From Polyangiales bacterium (GTDB taxonomy: Bacteria > Myxococcota_A > Polyangia > Polyangiales > Ga0077539), in contig JBGARZ010000006.1 in the NCBI GenBank assembly GCA_044229975.1, positions 32,001 to 96,000 of the forward strand: a DNA stretch of 64,000 nt, written 5' to 3'. The notes under the pieces were generated by a model, which was not told the DNA's origin, did not search any database, and was given only the letters and a program-made list of their open reading frames with translations. Positions 58,755 through 64,000 of the stretch are shown in pieces; position 1 is the first letter of the stretch; each line of letters starts with the position of its first letter. Made by a program: the position numbers and the translations under genes.

Positions 58755-59345
58755 GCTTGTGCCTCCGCCGTACTCGGTATCACGGGAAGCGGTTCGGTGA
58801 GATTGCCCTCCCTTCGGGCCGCGCGCGCTCGGGGCGACACTATCCCGGCGATCAACTCGCCGTCACCTGTTCAACCGACGCCACGTCAGGGCCCAGGGCG
58901 ATCATCGGCCGACCCGACCCCGACCTTTGGCCAATTTCGGCGAAGCATCGCCCACCCGTCGACGAAGCATCGGCCACTCATCGGCGAAGCATGGACCACC
59001 CGTCGGTGTCCCATCCTCCAACGATTGGCCTTCCTCGCATGCTCCGGCGTGCTGTCGTCGATGGCCGAGCGCTCGCCCGACCTCGCCGCCGAGCTTGAGA
59101 CGGTGGTCGACTTCATGGCCACCGGCCCGCGCAAGGAGCCCGCGACGCCCGCCCAGGGCTGAAGAGGTGTTGACTCGTCGTCGCACAGATCGCGGAGCAC
59201 GCGCTCGCGCTCTACCGAGAGCTCGGAGTCGTCGACGGGTACGTCGGGGGAAGCGATCGACGCGGCGTCGCGGCACGCGATACAACCGCTCGCATGTCCC
59301 CACGGGGTCGGAACCTGTCGATCGCCGGCGCGGCGTCCTAGCGCG

Positions 59346-62300
59346 ATGACGGAGCGCATCGCGGGCCGCTTCGAGCTGCAACGCGTCGTCGGAGCGGGCG
59401 GCATGGGCGAGGTGTGGCTCGCGCTCGACGCGACCACCGGCGAGCGCGTGGCCCTCAAGCGAACGCACACCAACGCCGACCTCGTTCGCTTCGTTCGCGA
59501 GGCGGAGGTGCTGGCCTCGCTCGACCACCCGGGCATCGTTCGTCACGTGGCGCACGGCGAGGTCGATGGCCGCGGATACCTCGCCATGGCCTGGCTCGAC
59601 GGCGAGGACCTGTCGGCCCGCCTGAAGCGCGGTCGCCTCGGCGTCGCGGCGTCGCTCGACCTCGTCCGCCGGGTCGCGGAGGCGCTCTCCGTGGCGCACC
59701 GCCGCGGCGTCGTCCACCGAGACGTCAAGCCGGCGAACCTCTTCCTCGCGGGCGGCGAACTCGCGGCCGTCACCGTGCTCGACTTCGGCATCGCGCGGGT
59801 CGAGGGCGCCGTCCGCACCGGCACCGGGACCGTCATCGGAACGCCCGGCTACATGTCCCCGGAGCAGGCGCGCGGAGAGTCGTCCATCGACGCGCGCACC
59901 GACGTCTTCGCGCTCGGCTGTGTGCTCTTCGAGTGCATCGCAGGCCGCGCGCCCTTCGTCGGCGCCCACGCGATGGCGGTGCTGGTCAAGCTCCTCCTCG
60001 AAGCGCCGCCCCGGCTCACCGACCTCGCGCCCGAGACCCCTCCCGCCGTGGAGTCCCTCGTCGCGGCGATGCTCGCGAAGGATCCGACGGCCCGCCCGGC
60101 CGACGGCGCGGCCCTCGCCGAGCTCATCGCACGCGTGATGGAGGGTGGAGCCGTCGAGGCCGTCGAGGTCGCCGCCCTCGGCGCGGGCGAACGACGCGTC
60201 GCGACGGTGATGCTCTGGCGCGCGGGCGACGCGACGGCGCTCCCTGGCGCGCGCCTCGACCCGCTCGCCGACACCCTCGGCCCCAGCGACACGGTGGTCG
60301 ATGGGAGAAGCGCGCTGCGCGTCGAGCGGCTCGTGGACGGCACCTTCTTCGCGCTCCTGTCCTCCCTCGGCACGCCGCGAGACCACTGCCTCGCCGCCGG
60401 TCGGCGCGCGCTCGACCTCGTCCGCTCCGACCCCGGGGTGCGCGTCGCCATCGCGACCGACCACGCCGAGGACGCCGCCGCGAGCGCGACGGGGCCCGCC
60501 ATCGACCGGGCGAGCGCGATGCTGATGGACGTTCCGGCGGGGCAGGTGCTGCTCGACCCGCTGAGCGCGGCGCTCGTCGCAGAGCGCTACGTCGTCGAGC
60601 GCGACCCCTGGGGCGGGCGCCTCGTCGGACCGCACACGTCGTCAGCCGACGCTGCGCCCGCGACGCAGGACCGGCCGCTCCTCGGTCGCGACCGCGAGCT
60701 GCGGGTGCTGGAGTCGGCCCTGGAGGACGCCGCGTCGGGCCACGCCGGAACCGTCCTGGTGCTCGGGGACGCGGGCCTCGGCAAGTCGGCGCTCGCGCGG
60801 GCGCTCCGAGCGCTCGTCGCGAGGAGGAGCGGCGCGATCTACCTCGACGCGACGGCGGAGGCGCTCGACGTGGACGTCCCGTACGCGCTGCTCGGCGCGC
60901 TGCTCGCCCGCCCGTCGGGCGCGGCGGTGACGGTCGGGCCGGCGCTCGCGGCGATCCGGCGCCGTGGTGTCCCGACGCACGAGGACGTGGCCGACGAGCT
61001 CGCGGCGTGGCTGCGGTCGCTCGCGGAGGGGAGGCTGTTGGCGCTCGTCGTGGACGACGCGCACTGGGCGGACGAGCCGAGCATGCGCGCCCTGGTGCGG
61101 GCGCTGGACGGCTGTGACGACGCGACGCTGCTCGTCGTCGTCCAGGGTCGCCCGTCGACCGCAGAGCGCTTCGGAGTGGCACTGCAACGCCTCGGTCCCA
61201 TCGAGCTGCGGCTGCGCCCGCTGTCGACCGCCGCGGCGGGCGAGCTGGTGGCGCGCCTCGGCGGCGACCCGACCGGGTCGATCGTCGGTCGCGCGCAGGG
61301 CAACCCCTACGTCCTGGAGGAGCTCGTGCGCGCATCACAAGGCGCGACGCCCTCGGCCATGCCCGCGAGCGTCCTGGGGGTGGCGCAGGCCAACGTCGAC
61401 CACCTTGCTCCCTCGGCGCGACGAGCGCTGCGAGCGGCCAGCGTGTTGGGTCAGCGCTTCACCCGCGCGGCGCTGCTCGCCGTGCTTGGTGGCGACCCGC
61501 GCACCGCGGCGGACGCCCTGGACGAGGCCGTGCGTGCCGAGGCCGTGCGCGCCGACGGACCAGAGGGCTTCTCGTTCCGCCACGCGCTCACCCGCGACGC
61601 GGTCTACGCGATGATCCCGGAGCGCGATCGGGTCGCGGCGCACGGCCGCGCGGCGCGATGGATCGAGGCCGAAGGCTCGGTGGTCCCCGCGGTGCTCGCC
61701 CACCATCTGGCGCGCGCGGGCGAGGTCGAGCGCGCCGTCGCCTGCTACCGCGACGCGGCGCAGGAGGCCCTGCTCGCGAGCGACCGCGGCGCCATCGAGC
61801 GCATCGACGCGGAGGTGGCGGCGCTCGCCCCGGCGCACCCGACGCGGGTCGACCTGCTGGCCATGCTGGCCGACCGCCTGCTCGGGGCTGACGGGCCCGC
61901 GCGCGAGGCCGCCGCCCGCGGTGCGCTGGCCATGCTCGCACCCGACTCGCCGCGTCGCCCGCTGCTGCTCGCGCGCCTCGTCGCTGCGCGCCCCGATGAC
62001 GACACCGTCGCCGAGGCGGTGGCCGAGCTACGCCTCCTCGCGGCCCCCGACCCGCGGCTGCTCATGCCGCTCGACGGCATCTTCAACTTCACCAACGCGG
62101 CGGGCGCGCTGCGCCACCAGGGCGAGGTCCTCGCGCTCATCGACCGCCATCAGACCGGGACCTGGCCCGGCACCGCGCTCGTGCAGCGCCGCGAGCTCGA
62201 GCGCGCGTTCGACGAGGCGCGTGTTCCGAACGGGGCCACCGGGGCCGATGCGTTCCGTTGTCACGAGTGGCGCTTCTACCTGCTGCGGCACCTCGGGCGC

Positions 62301-62954
62301 GTCGAGGAGTGCGCGACGGAGGTCGCGGCGTGTGAGGCGCTGGTGCGATCACCGCGGTCGTACATCGCGGCGCAGCTCGCCCACTGCCAGGCGGAGATGG
62401 CCGCCGCGGCGGGTGATCTGCCGCGCGCGTCGGCGCTGCTCGACGCGGGCGTGGCGACCTTCCGGGCGCTCGGCGGTCCGTACGAGCGCGAGGTGACGCG
62501 GCTGGCGATTCGCGGAGCGGAGGTGCTCGTCGCCCTGGGCCGGTACCGCGAGGCGGTGGAGGCGATCGCGGTCACCGAGGCGGGGCTGTCCGCGATGCGC
62601 GGGATGCGACCGCTCGCGGACGCGGTGCTCGCGTCGGCCTGGGTGGCCCTCGGTCGTCACGACGAGGCCGAGGCGGCCGCGCGTCGCGGGCTCTGCGACC
62701 TGCACCCGCGCTGGCACTTCGACGGCGGGGCGTTTCGTCCGCGGGCCGTCTTCGCCGGAGCGCTGCTGGCGTGCGGAGCGCGGGAGGAGGCTCGCGCGCT
62801 GGTCCAGGAGGCGCTCGCCGACATCGCGCTGCACCTCGCGGAGGTCTCCACGCCGGAGCGTCGACGCCTGTACCTCGCGCACGCGCCCGGCGTGGCGCCT
62901 GCGCTGCGGTTGGGGCGAGAGCTCGGGGTCGAGATGCCCACCGTTCGGCGGTGA
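59346..62954 (+). CDS. Ser/Thr kinase - degenerate cyclase-like region - AAA/STAND ATPase - TPR fusion
   Basis: HRDVKPAN, DFG and GTPGYMSPEQ motifs, then GRDREL, GDAGLGKS (Walker A), VVDDAHWAD (Walker B), GNP and FRHAL. Confidence 0.92.
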   Translation: MTERIAGRFELQRVVGAGGMGEVWLALDATTGERVALKRTHTNADLVRFVREAEVLASLDHPGIVRHVAHGEVDGRGYLAMAWLDGEDLSARLKRGRLGVAASLDLVRRVAEALSVAHRRGVVHRDVKPANLFLAGGELAAVTVLDFGIARVEGAVRTGTGTVIGTPGYMSPEQARGESSIDARTDVFALGCVLFECIAGRAPFVGAHAMAVLVKLLLEAPPRLTDLAPETPPAVESLVAAMLAKDPTARPADGAALAELIARVMEGGAVEAVEVAALGAGERRVATVMLWRAGDATALPGARLDPLADTLGPSDTVVDGRSALRVERLVDGTFFALLSSLGTPRDHCLAAGRRALDLVRSDPGVRVAIATDHAEDAAASATGPAIDRASAMLMDVPAGQVLLDPLSAALVAERYVVERDPWGGRLVGPHTSSADAAPATQDRPLLGRDRELRVLESALEDAASGHAGTVLVLGDAGLGKSALARALRALVARRSGAIYLDATAEALDVDVPYALLGALLARPSGAAVTVGPALAAIRRRGVPTHEDVADELAAWLRSLAEGRLLALVVDDAHWADEPSMRALVRALDGCDDATLLVVVQGRPSTAERFGVALQRLGPIELRLRPLSTAAAGELVARLGGDPTGSIVGRAQGNPYVLEELVRASQGATPSAMPASVLGVAQANVDHLAPSARRALRAASVLGQRFTRAALLAVLGGDPRTAADALDEAVRAEAVRADGPEGFSFRHALTRDAVYAMIPERDRVAAHGRAARWIEAEGSVVPAVLAHHLARAGEVERAVACYRDAAQEALLASDRGAIERIDAEVAALAPAHPTRVDLLAMLADRLLGADGPAREAAARGALAMLAPDSPRRPLLLARLVAARPDDDTVAEAVAELRLLAAPDPRLLMPLDGIFNFTNAAGALRHQGEVLALIDRHQTGTWPGTALVQRRELERAFDEARVPNGATGADAFRCHEWRFYLLRHLGRVEECATEVAACEALVRSPRSYIAAQLAHCQAEMAAAAGDLPRASALLDAGVATFRALGGPYEREVTRLAIRGAEVLVALGRYREAVEAIAVTEAGLSAMRGMRPLADAVLASAWVALGRHDEAEAAARRGLCDLHPRWHFDGGAFRPRAVFAGALLACGAREEARALVQEALADIALHLAEVSTPERRRLYLAHAPGVAPALRLGRELGVEMPTVRR

Positions 62955-63116
62955 CGCCCAAGGGGTGCCCTTGAGCGGGGTGGCTCTGAGCGGGCCGCGC
63001 GCGCGACGAAGACCGAGCTTCGCCATGCGATCCCGAGGGATCCTCTCAGGGCGGCGCCTCTTTTTGGAAAGCGTGGGGAGAACTCGTCACACTCAACCAG
63101 TGGGTCATCGCACTCC

Positions 63117-64000
63117 TCAAGAAAATTCACCGACGATCGGTGGCAACTGAGACAGGTCCAGTGCGCGAAGCGCGCGGTCGCAGTTTTCGCAGAACTCTTG
63201 CAGCGCGCCGTCAGTCGCTACCCCGACCATGATGCACGGCTTCGTTCTCAAGCAGTGGGGGCCTTCACCGATATCTATGTGTAGGGTGTTTTTGCTATTC
63301 GTATCGTCGGGCAAGCGGGGGGTGACCAGACCGAAGTAATGACCGATCTCGTGGAGGACCGTATGGAGGGTCGATGCCTTCATCGCGTCGACGTCGCAAC
63401 CCTGGAAAACATCACTGGCCGGCGTCGTGGTCCTTTTTTGGTCGCTTTTGCCCCTCCCGATCTGGGTTTGACGCGCCCATCGAAAACGCATCGCGACTGA
63501 CACCATCCGGGCACGATCGACCTGAAGGCCTGCGGGGCCGTCGAACGCCTTGAGGGTGATGTCGACTTTGATCGGGGCGTTGAAAACCCAATCGGGCCCT
63601 CTGCGCTTGAGGGTGACGGCCTTCTGGTGATCTTCACTTAATCTTTTTATTGTGCCGTGATAAAAGCACTTTTCTTGCCAGCTTCGCTCCTCTGCCAGGT
63701 TGAATGCGTGGTCGTATCCGTCCATGAAAACGGTTTTTACCCCCTTGTGCTCGACGAAGAAGCTGCGCTTGTGAATGGTGTCGACAAAGGCGATTACGAA
63801 GGTTTGCGGTGGCAGCGAATGGTCTGCGTTGCTAGATGACGGGCTGTAATCCGCATAGGTGTTGTCGCCGTCTCGCACGAGCTCGATGAAGCTGTTTTTG
63901 TATATCCCCTTCATGCCTTCTTCGTCGAATAGCCTTTCGTAGTCAGTGCTCTTGTCGTGCATTCGCATGACCGACACCCGGTAGTAGACCTTCTTCCAGA
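63117..64000 (-). CDS. Zinc metallopeptidase-like protein, C-terminal part (5' end beyond the window), AT-richer than host
   Basis: HEIGHYFGL...HC....CIM.......FCENC. The frame stays open to the window edge, and many codons end in A/T. Confidence 0.7.
   Translation of the reverse strand, partial: WKKVYYRVSVMRMHDKSTDYERLFDEEGMKGIYKNSFIELVRDGDNTYADYSPSSSNADHSLPPQTFVIAFVDTIHKRSFFVEHKGVKTVFMDGYDHAFNLAEERSWQEKCFYHGTIKRLSEDHQKAVTLKRRGPDWVFNAPIKVDITLKAFDGPAGLQVDRARMVSVAMRFRWARQTQIGRGKSDQKRTTTPASDVFQGCDVDAMKASTLHTVLHEIGHYFGLVTPRLPDDTNSKNTLHIDIGEGPHCLRTKPCIMVGVATDGALQEFCENCDRALRALDLSQLPPIVGEFS

Noticed and set aside
59061..59162. Short ORF MAERSPDLAAELETVVDFM... as a small protein or gene remnant
   Set aside because: It is only 33 codons with no clear SD or motif, so it cannot be supported without a search.
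205..61338. Many long Arg/Pro/Ala-rich alternative-frame and antisense ORFs in the track
   Set aside because: These are typical stop-poor shadow frames of high-GC genes with no recognisable motifs.

Overview
High-GC bacterial chromosomal window. The gene content points to Myxococcota, probably Polyangiales-like (inference): Cys-rich lipoproteins, an OmpA/TSP3 protein, a DUF4388-J-like-TPR protein, Hanks kinases and a ferritin-like lipoprotein. It holds about 57 CDS, including rplU-rpmA, ndk, cydAB, a class II sirtuin, GST, peroxiredoxin, an ECF sigma/anti-sigma pair, a carotenoid-oxygenase-family enzyme and many surface or secreted proteins. No rRNA, intact tRNA or CRISPR array was seen. The most striking structure is a REP/REPIN-like system built around IS200-type HUH-Y1 transposases. 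Two different solo tnpA genes (22495-22947, 35544-35954) each sit between their own long, multi-hairpin inverted repeats (96 bp and 135 bp). A transposase-less 107-bp inverted doublet of the first family lies about 25 kb away (48359-48622) and carries compensatory stem substitutions. Two further orphan inverted doublets occur at 47110-47181 and 52580-52661. Other notable items are a ~134-bp direct repeat enclosing a three-gene islet with an excisionase-like HTH gene (55929-57584), a traAB-like Cys-repeat/OmpA gene pair, a methyltransferase with a PqqD/RRE-like tail, a frameshifted SEC-C gene and an AT-richer archaemetzincin-like peptidase gene at the right edge. All family assignments come from motif recognition by eye; no searches were run.
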